DNA of 64,000 nucleotides from an uncultured bacterium (GTDB lineage Bacteria > Zixibacteria > MSB-5A5 > UBA10806): contig CBEUCH010000002.1 of the NCBI GenBank assembly GCA_965541585.1, positions 128,001 to 192,000 of the forward strand. Reading direction: 5' to 3'. The notes beneath the pieces are model-generated. The model was not told where the DNA came from, ran no database searches, and worked only from the letters and a program-made list of their open reading frames with translations. Positions 18,793 through 28,890 of the stretch are shown here, one piece after another (within the stretch, counting starts at the first letter, position 1; each line of letters starts with the position of its first letter). The translations under genes and the position numbers were made by a program.

Positions 18793-21626
18793 CAGTTGGC
18801 TCTTGTCAAAGCAGTTTTACGCCTGCGAACAATAGCGATAGTTCCGGCGGTCAGCAACATCAACCCAAGTATGATCATACCCCATTCGGAGAGGGTGGGG
18901 ATGGCTTCGACGACATCATGCGGCGGCCAGATATCATGCTGCGCGCAACCGGCAGGTTCTACAAGCGATGTTATGGGTATAGAGTGATTCACCGCCGGTT
19001 CGGCGCATTGGACACACGGTATTGCCTGAAGTCCGGGTATTAGATCAACAGCGCTGGGACCGATCGGTATGTCAGGTATATCGTCGCAATTACTCACTAA
19101 ATCGCCGACGCTTGATGTATACACGCCGAAGCCCGGATCTGAAAACATCCAGTGACCGTCTTCGATATTCATTAAATCAATGGCCGGGATTCCGTAATCA
19201 CCGTAATCAACATAGTATTCTAAAGCGTCGGATACCCGGGTAAAGACGATTTTCGGGACTACGGGTACATAGGCAAAAAACGTGCCTCCTTCTTCACAGA
19301 CCCGGTCAAAGTTCATTCCGCCTGTTGGCTGCCCGCGGGATTCTGACAGGCACACCTTGACATCCCACGCTTCAGGATTTTGGCCGCCGTTGTAAGTTAC
19401 CGTTATAGGTTGACTACTCACTAAACTCAGCGCCACTATCTCGATATCTATATTATGATCCTGAGAGGGACACTGAGGTAGATTTGCGACTCTACTTCGT
19501 TTGATTATTGTGTCGGTGGGCCCTAAATTCCCGTTAGTCGCCAGTGGCTCACCCTCTAAAGCAATAGTACCGGCGAAAGGATCCGAGCCGGGCCCGAAGA
19601 AGTCAGCCGGTATCGGGAGTGTGCTTTCCCCGCAGCCGAGATTCACAAATGTATTGTAGCCTTCCGGCGTTTCCCACAAGTCGTAAACCGGATCTTCTTG
19701 CACTGGACAATCTACATCAACACAGTTCAGGCCGGGGTAGAAGACGCCGCCGTTATCCTCGCAGATAGACTGGGTTTCCATTGTGCATAAACCATCGGGC
19801 CAGCAGCAGGCGCCTGTTTCCTGAACCGGTTCACTGGTGATGCAGAACGACAGGTCGAGCGATTGCTGACCCGACGGCAGGCATTCGTGCTCGATAATCC
19901 CGGGCTCGTTATCCCAGATTACGAAGTTAAATCCCCTGACATCTACGGAGACCCACTCCGGGTTATACTCCTCAATTAAAAACCCGAAGAACTCAAATAT
20001 TTCATAACCGTTTGGAAGGTCGCTCATAACAACCGGGAAGCGCTCAATATGTATTTCATCAGTCGGTTCAGTCGGTGGGGGCTCACCTGGCGGCCACTCA
20101 GGACCTGACCAGTTGATGGCGATCTCAACCCAGGCGGGAGCCCCGGGATCTAATTTCCATACCGAGCCCATTATGGAGATTTCCTTGTAGCGCGTGAGAT
20201 CGAGCGGGTCATTGTAGAACCAGATATTCCACCAACCGCTGGGGTACCAGAACCATCCATTGATACCACCAGGGCCATTGTAATAATCGGTACCTCCGCT
20301 CATCCCGGGAACGAGCTGCCCGCTTTGATCCATCCCCACCCAGAAGGAGTTGACGACCGGCCCGCCGCCTCCACCGGGCTCGTAAATCTCCGTCCAGAGG
20401 TCAGGAGGAAGCGGGGCATCGGGATCCGGGCCCCAAACCGCATCGTCCATCCAGTGATCCTGGGTTGATTTCCATCCCCAGTGTGTGTTAACCGGATCGA
20501 CGACATCGGCCGAAATCCTCAACCAGTAAATTTGGCCGACTGTCTGCACGCATGGTTCAGGCAGGAAGTAATCGTAACGGAAATATTGCTGGTGGTCACC
20601 GGGGATAATCTCGCCCTGGACAGGATCATACCATCCCTGTGGAGACGGATCCATAAGGGTGGTGGTGTATTCCCCTTCCAGTATATACATCGGGGGGCAG
20701 ACAATTTGGCCCGGTACGCTCCAGCCGTTTGGTCCCACGGGGATATTGTCGTGGATAGTGATCCAAAAGCCCCGGAGTTGGCCGATATCATCATGCCTCC
20801 ACGAACCCCACCAATGGATATCCTCGAGCTGGCCCGTCTCCGTGCACTGCCAGTCATCCGCCAGAGAGATGGGAGCGGTGGCATTAACGTCCCAACCGTT
20901 GGGATCCGGCAGCTGCGGGAAATGCATCTTGTGGTTTGCGCAATCACCGTCTTGGCAATTGGGAGAGTTTGTCTCGGTATCTACCCAGAAAAGCGGAGCG
21001 CCGCCAGAATAATAACTGCTCCACATATACCAAGTGCCCCCAGAATACGCCCAGTGCTCACATGGGACCGGGGGACAGATGAGTGGTTCATCCATTAAAA
21101 ATGAAGGAAGGCTTCCCCCAGGATCGCTATATTCAATACCGATATAGACCGGTCCGTTAACACAGCAGGGAGTCGAATAAGTTAATGGACCCACAGTGGG
21201 ATACTCATAAGTGGCGGCATCACAGATAAAAGTCTCACGGCAGAGTTCCGCGCCGGGTCCCGCGCATGGATCTCCGGGAATCAGCATATCGTATACCACG
21301 AAATCAACCTGAACCGGAAACGGCAAAGCGCCATCGTCATAAAGAGTAATCCACAGTGTAGTTATTTCAAGAGGGTATGTTGGAGCCGGGCAAACCGCCC
21401 ATGGATCATAATATGTGATTGCGCGGTCGCCAGTAACCAAGCCTGGATTATAGTAGCCCGGAATATTGCATGTCTTCGTAAGCAGGCAATAATCAAGAGT
21501 GGTCTGCGGCTGTTCGATAGGCAGTACCTCGCCTATTCTCGAGCCTTTTAGTTCACCCTTCGCCATGGCTGCAGTGCCGAGGATCAGGACAAGGCCGAGG
21601 GTTAAAATCAATGACTTTTTAAGCAT
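18792..21626 (-). CDS. secreted surface protein with IPTL-CTERM sorting signal
   Basis: Ends IPTLSEWGMIILGLMLLTAGTIAIVRRRK; start reassigned to ATG 21626 (MLKKSLIL signal peptide, ggagaa RBS). Confidence 0.85.
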   Translation of the reverse strand: MLKKSLILTLGLVLILGTAAMAKGELKGSRIGEVLPIEQPQTTLDYCLLTKTCNIPGYYNPGLVTGDRAITYYDPWAVCPAPTYPLEITTLWITLYDDGALPFPVQVDFVVYDMLIPGDPCAGPGAELCRETFICDAATYEYPTVGPLTYSTPCCVNGPVYIGIEYSDPGGSLPSFLMDEPLICPPVPCEHWAYSGGTWYMWSSYYSGGAPLFWVDTETNSPNCQDGDCANHKMHFPQLPDPNGWDVNATAPISLADDWQCTETGQLEDIHWWGSWRHDDIGQLRGFWITIHDNIPVGPNGWSVPGQIVCPPMYILEGEYTTTLMDPSPQGWYDPVQGEIIPGDHQQYFRYDYFLPEPCVQTVGQIYWLRISADVVDPVNTHWGWKSTQDHWMDDAVWGPDPDAPLPPDLWTEIYEPGGGGGPVVNSFWVGMDQSGQLVPGMSGGTDYYNGPGGINGWFWYPSGWWNIWFYNDPLDLTRYKEISIMGSVWKLDPGAPAWVEIAINWSGPEWPPGEPPPTEPTDEIHIERFPVVMSDLPNGYEIFEFFGFLIEEYNPEWVSVDVRGFNFVIWDNEPGIIEHECLPSGQQSLDLSFCITSEPVQETGACCWPDGLCTMETQSICEDNGGVFYPGLNCVDVDCPVQEDPVYDLWETPEGYNTFVNLGCGESTLPIPADFFGPGSDPFAGTIALEGEPLATNGNLGPTDTIIKRSRVANLPQCPSQDHNIDIEIVALSLVSSQPITVTYNGGQNPEAWDVKVCLSESRGQPTGGMNFDRVCEEGGTFFAYVPVVPKIVFTRVSDALEYYVDYGDYGIPAIDLMNIEDGHWMFSDPGFGVYTSSVGDLVSNCDDIPDIPIGPSAVDLIPGLQAIPCVQCAEPAVNHSIPITSLVEPAGCAQHDIWPPHDVVEAIPTLSEWGMIILGLMLLTAGTIAIVRRRKTALTRAN

Positions 21627-21728
21627 TAAATTCTCCAATTCTAATTGCTTGAATTTATTGTGCTGTCGAGTCTCAATATTCGGCAACTTTAATATCAGGT
21701 GCAGAGACTCAACACCGCATCTGGATGT

Positions 21729-22415
21729 TTAGCTCATCCCGGGAGGTTTAATCGGCGGCGCACGGAGATTAGGTAAATAGTCCCATCTCTTTGTTGAACT
21801 GATACCTTCAAAAAGCGGAAATAATTTTCTTGCCAAGGGAAATCTCAAGCCCGCAATTGAGAATCGGATTCGGCTTACATACTCGATAAGCATGAGAATT
21901 ATGGAGTTAACAAGCACGATGAAAAACGAGATCATCAATAAGCCGAAAAGAGATGCAAACCGGATAAGCTCGCTCGAATCGGCCGTCGGGAAACTTAAGA
22001 CGCCTCCCATGCCCGGGTACCTGATCAAGAAATATTCAAGAGGAACCCATATGGCGGCGACAAAAACAGGGTTAAATCCGATATATTTTTTTGCTCCATT
22101 GACGGCCATTCCGAAGATTGAAAAGACCAGGCTCAATAATAATAGATTAAGGAGAAAGTCCGCGGGAGCGGCCAGAGCCTCGCCAATGAAAGCGACGAAG
22201 GCATAGCAGCCGGCAAGAATCACACCCAGCAGAATAGAACCGGCCAAGGTTGTTCTGTTCAATTGCCACAGGAGTGGAACCAGGGCAAATAGCGATATGA
22301 ACCAGTATTCAGGATATATATGGGCAATCGATAGGATTAAAGCCGACGTTCCGGCGCAGATAAAATGAGCCAATAGTCTCACCGTGATATCGTTATGCCT
22401 TGAATCCGCATCCAT
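21729..22415 (-). CDS. Lnt N-terminal-like multi-TM protein lacking the CN-hydrolase domain, with C-terminal RAPP motif
   Basis: FALVPLL, AIWVPLEY and ASLFGLLMISFFIVLVN resemble Lnt TM segments; ends WDYLPNLRAPPIKPPGMS. Confidence 0.7.
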   Translation of the reverse strand: MDADSRHNDITVRLLAHFICAGTSALILSIAHIYPEYWFISLFALVPLLWQLNRTTLAGSILLGVILAGCYAFVAFIGEALAAPADFLLNLLLLSLVFSIFGMAVNGAKKYIGFNPVFVAAIWVPLEYFLIRYPGMGGVLSFPTADSSELIRFASLFGLLMISFFIVLVNSIILMLIEYVSRIRFSIAGLRFPLARKLFPLFEGISSTKRWDYLPNLRAPPIKPPGMS

Positions 22416-22726
22416 TATTTTTGTCTGTCTCCGGCGATGAGGCTCCTCCCTCTATACCGTACCAGTGAGCGGGACCATTGACGCATAAATCTGCGGACGG
22501 ATGCGCGGCTTTACCAATGAGCAGAAGGCGACTCCAGATAGGCTACTAATATTAATTTTGTGCCTCCTGTGAGGCTAATCTGTTTCTCTGACAGCCTTGA
22601 TCACGTGATGCGAAGTCTGTGAACCCGCCGTCAGATAATCAATTACAAGCCCTGGCTTCAGCCTGAAGAGATTTAGTTGTGAAAGTGTGTTGAGTCAGAA
22701 ATGCTCAATCATCAATTTCTAATATT

Positions 22727-22755
22727 AAGATAGGCGACCCACATTTACTTGTCAA
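22727..22755 (-). promoter_or_regulatory. sigma70-type promoter of the RAPP/IPTL transcript
   Basis: TTGACA-17-TATCTT on the minus strand, about 310 nt upstream of ATG 22415. Confidence 0.55.
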
Positions 22756-23009
22756 GAAAAAAATAGAGGGGATTATCAACATAGGAGACCGGCGAGGTCG
22801 AAGGCCCTCACGGGGGCGGTGCGCCGGCCAAAAAGCGCCTGAAATTCTGGCGAAAGCCCGGAAAATATATTACATTGGTATAATGAGCATCGGGCTTTTG
22901 GACGACAGCAAAGGCTGGAACGATGATCAGTTGTATTCTGTTGGATAAGAGAGTGCGAATCGGATTGGTGTGAGCATTTGAGTAGACCTTTTTCCGGGAG
23001 GTTGACAGC

Positions 23010-26000
23010 ATGGGGTTGCGTATAATTGTCCTTTCCTTATTTATCCGGGCCACAGCTCTCGGGGTCGAGAGTGGCGATTTTACTTTTTATGACGGCGAAT
23101 CGACTGTAGCCGCCACCGTTCAGCAAGTGGATCGTACCGTTTTAAACCTTCAGATCTCGAACCTCGAATATGAAGTTGATAGCGATAACGGAATAGACCA
23201 ATACCGGATTCATTTGCCGGAGGTGTTTGGCGTATCGAGGGGAGCATTTCTGAGTTCGAATAATGTGTTGATCCCTACCATAACCAGATCCATTGCCGTA
23301 CCGTTTGATTCGGAGCCGGTGTTCCGTGTGACCTGGTCGAATTTTGTGGAATTGACGGATATAGTACTTGCGCCTGCAGGCGAGGAGGAATTGGATTCGT
23401 ATTCCAACGGCAATGAGAATATCTCATCGAGCCTCGAGAGGGACCTGGTGATCGCGGAAACGGCGGGGATGATGCGGGATGTAAGAATATATTCTCTGAC
23501 GATCTCGCCGGTGCAATATGATTTGGAAAGCAAAGTCGTTAAAGTCTATAACGAAATTGAAATCGAGATCGACCATGGCGGTTCACGGATGGTACGTTAC
23601 GAGGACCATATATCGGAGGCTTTCTTGCCGATCTATCGCTCGTTTCTGGATAATCTCCTGGTGTTCGACCCGATTGAGGTAACCCGTGGCGCCGACTGGA
23701 TCATATACCCCGATCCTTTCCTCGAACATATACGGCCCATAGCGGAATGGAAAAGGGCCAAGGGTTATGATGTTGAATATATTGCCAAAAGCGATATTGG
23801 CTCCAACCCATCGTATGTGGCTATAAGAGACTATATCTCGGCGCGTTTCGACTCGTGTCAGATTAAGCCGGATTATATTACCATCCTGGGAGACGTCAGC
23901 ATGCCGTCCGGTTATGGAATCCCTACGCGACACTATGATAATCCTCTGGGTTTTGGCGATATAGAATCGGATAATTACTATACGTTTCTCCTGGGTGGCG
24001 ATTATTTCCCGGATGTGTTAATAGGGAGAATAGCCATAGACTACGTTGCCGAGCTTGAGGATTACACGGATAAGCTTTTCACATACGAGAGAACCCCGTA
24101 TATGGATGATACACGCTGGTATTTGAGGGGGACCATGGTCGCGTATTGGGAAGTCGAAGGCGACGGCGGCTGGTATGGAAATTTCACAAGCCCCAGAATC
24201 ACGAAGCTCTGGTGTCGCGATCGCATGTTTGAAAGCGGATATATCCAGGTAGATACTCTTTTCGAACATCCCCGGTATTATGTTCCTTCCAGCCAGATCA
24301 ACGCCTCTATAAACAATGGCGTATCCTATGTGAATTACCGCGGCTTTGGCGATCCATCCGGATGGAGTTACCCTTATTACACATTTAATGATATTAGCGA
24401 TCTTACCAACGGTCCCATGTATCCTATAATGACATCCATCGTTTGCGGGACAGGAGACTATAATGACTACCGCGACATCTGTTTCGGCGAGGCCTGGATA
24501 CGCTATCCGGACAAGGGCGGGGCAGGATTCATTGGCACCAGTAACCACGATGCTCACACGCGATGGACTAACGCTCTGGATGTAGGTATTTACTGGGGCC
24601 TGTTCGTAGAACATGCAACGACTATTGCCCAGGCCCAACTAATGGGAAAGATGACGATGTACGACGCTTTCCCAACCGACCGTTATCCCAACGGCCAGGT
24701 CGAGCTTTATTTCAATAGCTACAATATCCTTGGTGATCCGGAGTTGAATTGCTGGACCGGAGTGCCGAGAAGCATGTCGGTGGCTCATGCCGATTCGGTG
24801 GAATTCGGTCAGAATTATATAAGCGTATCCGTCACCGATAATATGGGGGGCACGCCTCTCGAGGGAGCTTATGTCTGTATATGGAAAGATGGGGAACTGT
24901 TCCTTGGGGAATTTACTCCCGCGGACGGTGTCGCTGAATTCGCGGCCGGACCGGATACCAGGGGCGAGATGGCCTTAACGGTTACTGCCCGCGACTTTGC
25001 CCCTTATGAGGGAACCGTTACCTATTTCACCAGCGAGATAACAGTGGGATACAATTCTCATACGGTTGACGACAACAACGAAGGCGAGTCCTCAGGCAAC
25101 GGCGACGGAATCTGCAGCCCGTCGGAGGTTGTAGAGCTCGACCTTACCCTTGAAAATTATGGCCAATCGGAAACCGCTATCGGGGTGACCGCGGAGATAT
25201 CGTCGGATAACTCTCATGTGGAGATTGTGCGCGCTACAGCCGGTTTCGCCGATATTTCTCCGGGCGAGAGCAGCCCCGCCGATAATCCTTTTTTAATAGA
25301 GGTTAGCCCCGACGCACCAAACGGGACAGGTATCGATCTTATCATTTCCATAAGCGATGAAGATGATAACGCCTGGGAATCCATTATACAGTTGCCCGTT
25401 GAAGCGGCCGAATTCGCAATGGAAGAATTGATCATTCAGGATGACGGCAACGGTATGATAGATCCGGGAGAAACGGTCGAGCTTGTAATAACTCTCGAGA
25501 ATGTCGGTGCACAGCCCATGGCGGGAGCGACCGCGGTATTGAGAACGTCCGACGATCAGGTGACGGTTATGGATTCGACAGCCTTGTTCGGCGACTGCGT
25601 TCCCGGAGGGACTTTCGACAACGATGGCGACACGTTTATGTTAACGGTGGAATCCGATATTTATGTAGGACATTTGATAAACTTTACTCTGGAGTTCGAG
25701 GGCGAGGGGCCGCAAATAGTAACATCCGCTTTTGCCGAACAGGTAGGTGCTGTATCGTCGAGTGATCCCATCGGCCCGGACGATTATGGGTATTACTGCT
25801 TCGATAACACCGATTCTGCCTATTCCGATCGCCCGGTATATGACTGGATTGATATCGATACTCAGAACTGGAATCACGTAACATTGGGCGACGACAACAC
25901 GGAGACGATATCGCTGCCGTTTGAGGTTTGGTACTATGGGCAGATTTTCAGTGAGATCACCATCTGTGACAACGGCTTTGTGGCCCTGGGCGAATCCTGG

Positions 26001-26705
26001 TGGAACGCCTGGTACAATACGTCGATTCCCGCACCTCAGAACGCCGCCGCTATGATCGCGCCTTTCTGGGATGACTTCAATCAGAGCAATCTTAGAGTAT
26101 ATTACCATCACGATACCGACAACTCCCGCTTCATAATCGGGTGGAATAATGCCTGGGACCAGGACGTTTACCGGTACCAGACATTCGAGATAATCTTTCT
26201 GGATCGAACCGCCTGGCCGTCCGCCACCGGCGATAACGAAATAATCTTCCAGTATGAGCTTGTTAATAGCGCTTATTCGTCGTCGGTGGGGATCTGTTCC
26301 CCCGATAGAAGAGATGGTATCGGTTATATTTTTAATGGCGATTACGCTGATGGTGCGGCAACCCTAAATAACACCCGGGCCGTGAAATTCACGACCGGAT
26401 CTCTATACCAGACCGGTATTGAGGAAGAGCAGGAGTTGCCGGAGAGCATGGCGCTATCTCAAAACTATCCTAATCCCTTTAATGCCTCTACCTCCATCGA
26501 TTTTTCGATTCCCGGGGAAGGACACGTAAAGCTCGAGGTATTCAATATCCTCGGGCAGAGGATCGCCATCCTGATCAATGGTCATCTGGATGCGGGCTTC
26601 CATCGGATTGCATGGGGCGCTGACGATTTGCGTTCGGGGATTTACTTTTACAGGCTGGAGACCGGTGATCTGACCGAAACAAAGAGAATGATGCTTTTGA
26701 AATGA
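23010..26705 (+). CDS. second C25 (gingipain-like) secreted protein with FlgD/T9SS-A-like tail
   Basis: IAEWKRAKGY, YITILGD, YNILGDPEL, IVCGTG; paralog of 5695..10029. Confidence 0.85.
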   Translation: MGLRIIVLSLFIRATALGVESGDFTFYDGESTVAATVQQVDRTVLNLQISNLEYEVDSDNGIDQYRIHLPEVFGVSRGAFLSSNNVLIPTITRSIAVPFDSEPVFRVTWSNFVELTDIVLAPAGEEELDSYSNGNENISSSLERDLVIAETAGMMRDVRIYSLTISPVQYDLESKVVKVYNEIEIEIDHGGSRMVRYEDHISEAFLPIYRSFLDNLLVFDPIEVTRGADWIIYPDPFLEHIRPIAEWKRAKGYDVEYIAKSDIGSNPSYVAIRDYISARFDSCQIKPDYITILGDVSMPSGYGIPTRHYDNPLGFGDIESDNYYTFLLGGDYFPDVLIGRIAIDYVAELEDYTDKLFTYERTPYMDDTRWYLRGTMVAYWEVEGDGGWYGNFTSPRITKLWCRDRMFESGYIQVDTLFEHPRYYVPSSQINASINNGVSYVNYRGFGDPSGWSYPYYTFNDISDLTNGPMYPIMTSIVCGTGDYNDYRDICFGEAWIRYPDKGGAGFIGTSNHDAHTRWTNALDVGIYWGLFVEHATTIAQAQLMGKMTMYDAFPTDRYPNGQVELYFNSYNILGDPELNCWTGVPRSMSVAHADSVEFGQNYISVSVTDNMGGTPLEGAYVCIWKDGELFLGEFTPADGVAEFAAGPDTRGEMALTVTARDFAPYEGTVTYFTSEITVGYNSHTVDDNNEGESSGNGDGICSPSEVVELDLTLENYGQSETAIGVTAEISSDNSHVEIVRATAGFADISPGESSPADNPFLIEVSPDAPNGTGIDLIISISDEDDNAWESIIQLPVEAAEFAMEELIIQDDGNGMIDPGETVELVITLENVGAQPMAGATAVLRTSDDQVTVMDSTALFGDCVPGGTFDNDGDTFMLTVESDIYVGHLINFTLEFEGEGPQIVTSAFAEQVGAVSSSDPIGPDDYGYYCFDNTDSAYSDRPVYDWIDIDTQNWNHVTLGDDNTETISLPFEVWYYGQIFSEITICDNGFVALGESWWNAWYNTSIPAPQNAAAMIAPFWDDFNQSNLRVYYHHDTDNSRFIIGWNNAWDQDVYRYQTFEIIFLDRTAWPSATGDNEIIFQYELVNSAYSSSVGICSPDRRDGIGYIFNGDYADGAATLNNTRAVKFTTGSLYQTGIEEEQELPESMALSQNYPNPFNASTSIDFSIPGEGHVKLEVFNILGQRIAILINGHLDAGFHRIAWGADDLRSGIYFYRLETGDLTETKRMMLLK

Positions 26706-26775
26706 TATCCGGCAAGATAGTGGTTGGTCTTTCAGGAAGATGCGCAGCATTTAACATGTTGAAAGACAAAATGAT

Positions 26776-26799
26776 AAGGGCGCAGATGACGCCCTTTTC
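26776..26799 (+). terminator. terminator-like hairpin
   Basis: aagggcg-cagatga-cgccctt followed by T residues. Confidence 0.55.
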
Positions 26800-26875
26800 A
26801 TATTGACGAAAAAACGTTTTTGATTATATTGAATTGATGAAAGAAATTATCGATAAGTTGTTCAAGGAGTTTTCG

Positions 26876-28729
26876 ATGCGATCTGGCATGCTGATTTTCG
26901 CAGTATTGATCCTGCTCTCATATGCTCCCGAGTCTGGCGCTCAACTTCCTGAAATATATACCAGGTACAGCGATGCTCTGCAAACCCTGGCGGATCTGCA
27001 GGGAGATTATCCGGAGATCTGCAAGCTGGATACCATGGGTTATTCCACCCGTGACTCCATCCCCATGCTGAGAGTCAAGATTTCGGACAACGTTAACATT
27101 GACGAAGATGAACCTGCGATCTTCTATTGCGGGGGAGTCCACGCCGACGAGGTGTTGAGCGTGGAGGTCGTTATGTCATTTGTACAGGATATTCTGATTC
27201 GTTACGGGCGTGGAGATCCCGATGTCACCCGCTATATAGCCAGCCTCGAAATATTCTGTATCCCGTTCATCAATCCCGAGGGGCATATAGTGGTGGAGGA
27301 GGGGGATACCGAATGGCGCAAGAACAAATGTGACAACGACGACAACGGGATATTCGATTTTCACGACGGCGTCGACAACAACCGCAACTATGATTTCGGC
27401 TTTTGGATAGACGACGGCCCCAACGCCACCACTCCGGAATCTCTCACGTACAAGGGCGAGGCTCCGTTCACCCAGACCGAGAATATCGCTATGGCGGAGT
27501 TCGGATGGAAGTATCGGCCGCTTATAGCGCTGGATTACCATTCGCCGACCTACGGCAGACCCAACGTGGCGTATTATCCGTGGTACTGGTATGCCAATGA
27601 AGGCGGTAATGGTTTCGGCCCCGATGAAACCCTGATGCAATCTGTCTGCGCATTATTTGCATCATTAATAGAAGCCATACCGGATGATTCGGGCAACGGC
27701 ACTTATACGGCCAGGAGGGCTCTGGTCAACAAAGGTGATTTCAAGACATATTTCTACGGTAACTTCGGAACTGCGGCCTTTTCGGTGGAGGTTTCCGACA
27801 CTACGATCCAGAACCCTGCTCTGGTTGACACAATAGTCGCCGCTCATCTTCCGGGGCAATATTATCTTCTCGAGCGGGCTCTGGGTGCAGGTATTACAGG
27901 GGTCATCCGGGATTCTGTCACGCTGGAGCCGATCGAGGCGGAGGTGCAGGTTCTCCAGCATATTAACGCTGATATCAATCCCCGTCTGTCCAGGCCTGAT
28001 TACGGACGCTATCGCCGGCTGCTGTCTTCGGGAAGCTATACATTGAAGTTTCTCAAAGACGACTATAGAACCATAACGGTCTACAATGTCGGGGTGACGA
28101 ACAGCGGGCCGACCGAGGTCAACATGCTTCTATCCCCGCTGTATCCGCGGCCGCCGGCGCCGGTTTTGAGCTACCCGCCCGAGGATACGACCTTAAATGA
28201 CAACCTGGTGGTTTTCGACTGGAATCCATCGGATCTGGCGGATTTCTATCTCTTCGAGCTTTATCAGCATCCGGACCTGGAGACTCCGGTATATGTCGAT
28301 TCCTCCTTAATTGATACATCGTTCACTCTCGACACCCCTCTTTCGGATACGGTTTACTACTGGATGGTTAAAGGGGGCAACTCCAACGGCTGGGGCCCGT
28401 ATTCGGATCTGTGGATGTTCGTTGTGAATACCGAGACGGGAACAGATGATCCCGTCCACCAGCCTCGCGCCTTTGAGTTGTATCAGAATCATCCCAACCC
28501 GTTTAATACCTCCACCCTGATCGAGTACAATCTGCCTTCAGCTTCGGATGTAACGCTTGAAATTTACAACATACTCGGTCAGAGGGTAGCGATACTTTTG
28601 GATAGAACCCTGCAGGCCGGGGAGCATAGTATCAAATGGGATGCATCCGGTTTTCATTCCGGCGTCTATTTTGTGAGGCTGGAGGCTGAGGGGTATACCG
28701 AAAATATCAAGATCGTATTGCTAAAATAG
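26876..28729 (+). CDS. M14 zinc carboxypeptidase with FlgD/T9SS-A-like tail
   Basis: GVHADE, NPEG, WRKN, GVDNNRNY, DYHS; start moved to ATG 26876 (aaggag RBS). Confidence 0.9.
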   Translation: MRSGMLIFAVLILLSYAPESGAQLPEIYTRYSDALQTLADLQGDYPEICKLDTMGYSTRDSIPMLRVKISDNVNIDEDEPAIFYCGGVHADEVLSVEVVMSFVQDILIRYGRGDPDVTRYIASLEIFCIPFINPEGHIVVEEGDTEWRKNKCDNDDNGIFDFHDGVDNNRNYDFGFWIDDGPNATTPESLTYKGEAPFTQTENIAMAEFGWKYRPLIALDYHSPTYGRPNVAYYPWYWYANEGGNGFGPDETLMQSVCALFASLIEAIPDDSGNGTYTARRALVNKGDFKTYFYGNFGTAAFSVEVSDTTIQNPALVDTIVAAHLPGQYYLLERALGAGITGVIRDSVTLEPIEAEVQVLQHINADINPRLSRPDYGRYRRLLSSGSYTLKFLKDDYRTITVYNVGVTNSGPTEVNMLLSPLYPRPPAPVLSYPPEDTTLNDNLVVFDWNPSDLADFYLFELYQHPDLETPVYVDSSLIDTSFTLDTPLSDTVYYWMVKGGNSNGWGPYSDLWMFVVNTETGTDDPVHQPRAFELYQNHPNPFNTSTLIEYNLPSASDVTLEIYNILGQRVAILLDRTLQAGEHSIKWDASGFHSGVYFVRLEAEGYTENIKIVLLK

Positions 28730-28890
28730 CGGCGGCACCAGTCTTGGTTTTACCGCCAGACCAAACTTGTTGATTTCCGGCAAGCACAAAAGGCTTGACT
28801 TCTAAATATCTTTTATTACAATATTTATAGGCATAATCATGAAATAGCAGCGCGATTTGACCGCGAGAATAAGTACCTCAATTGGAGGTT

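Noticed and set aside
21729..22415. Functional apolipoprotein N-acyltransferase (lnt)
   Set aside because: No CN-hydrolase domain or catalytic E-K-C residues are present
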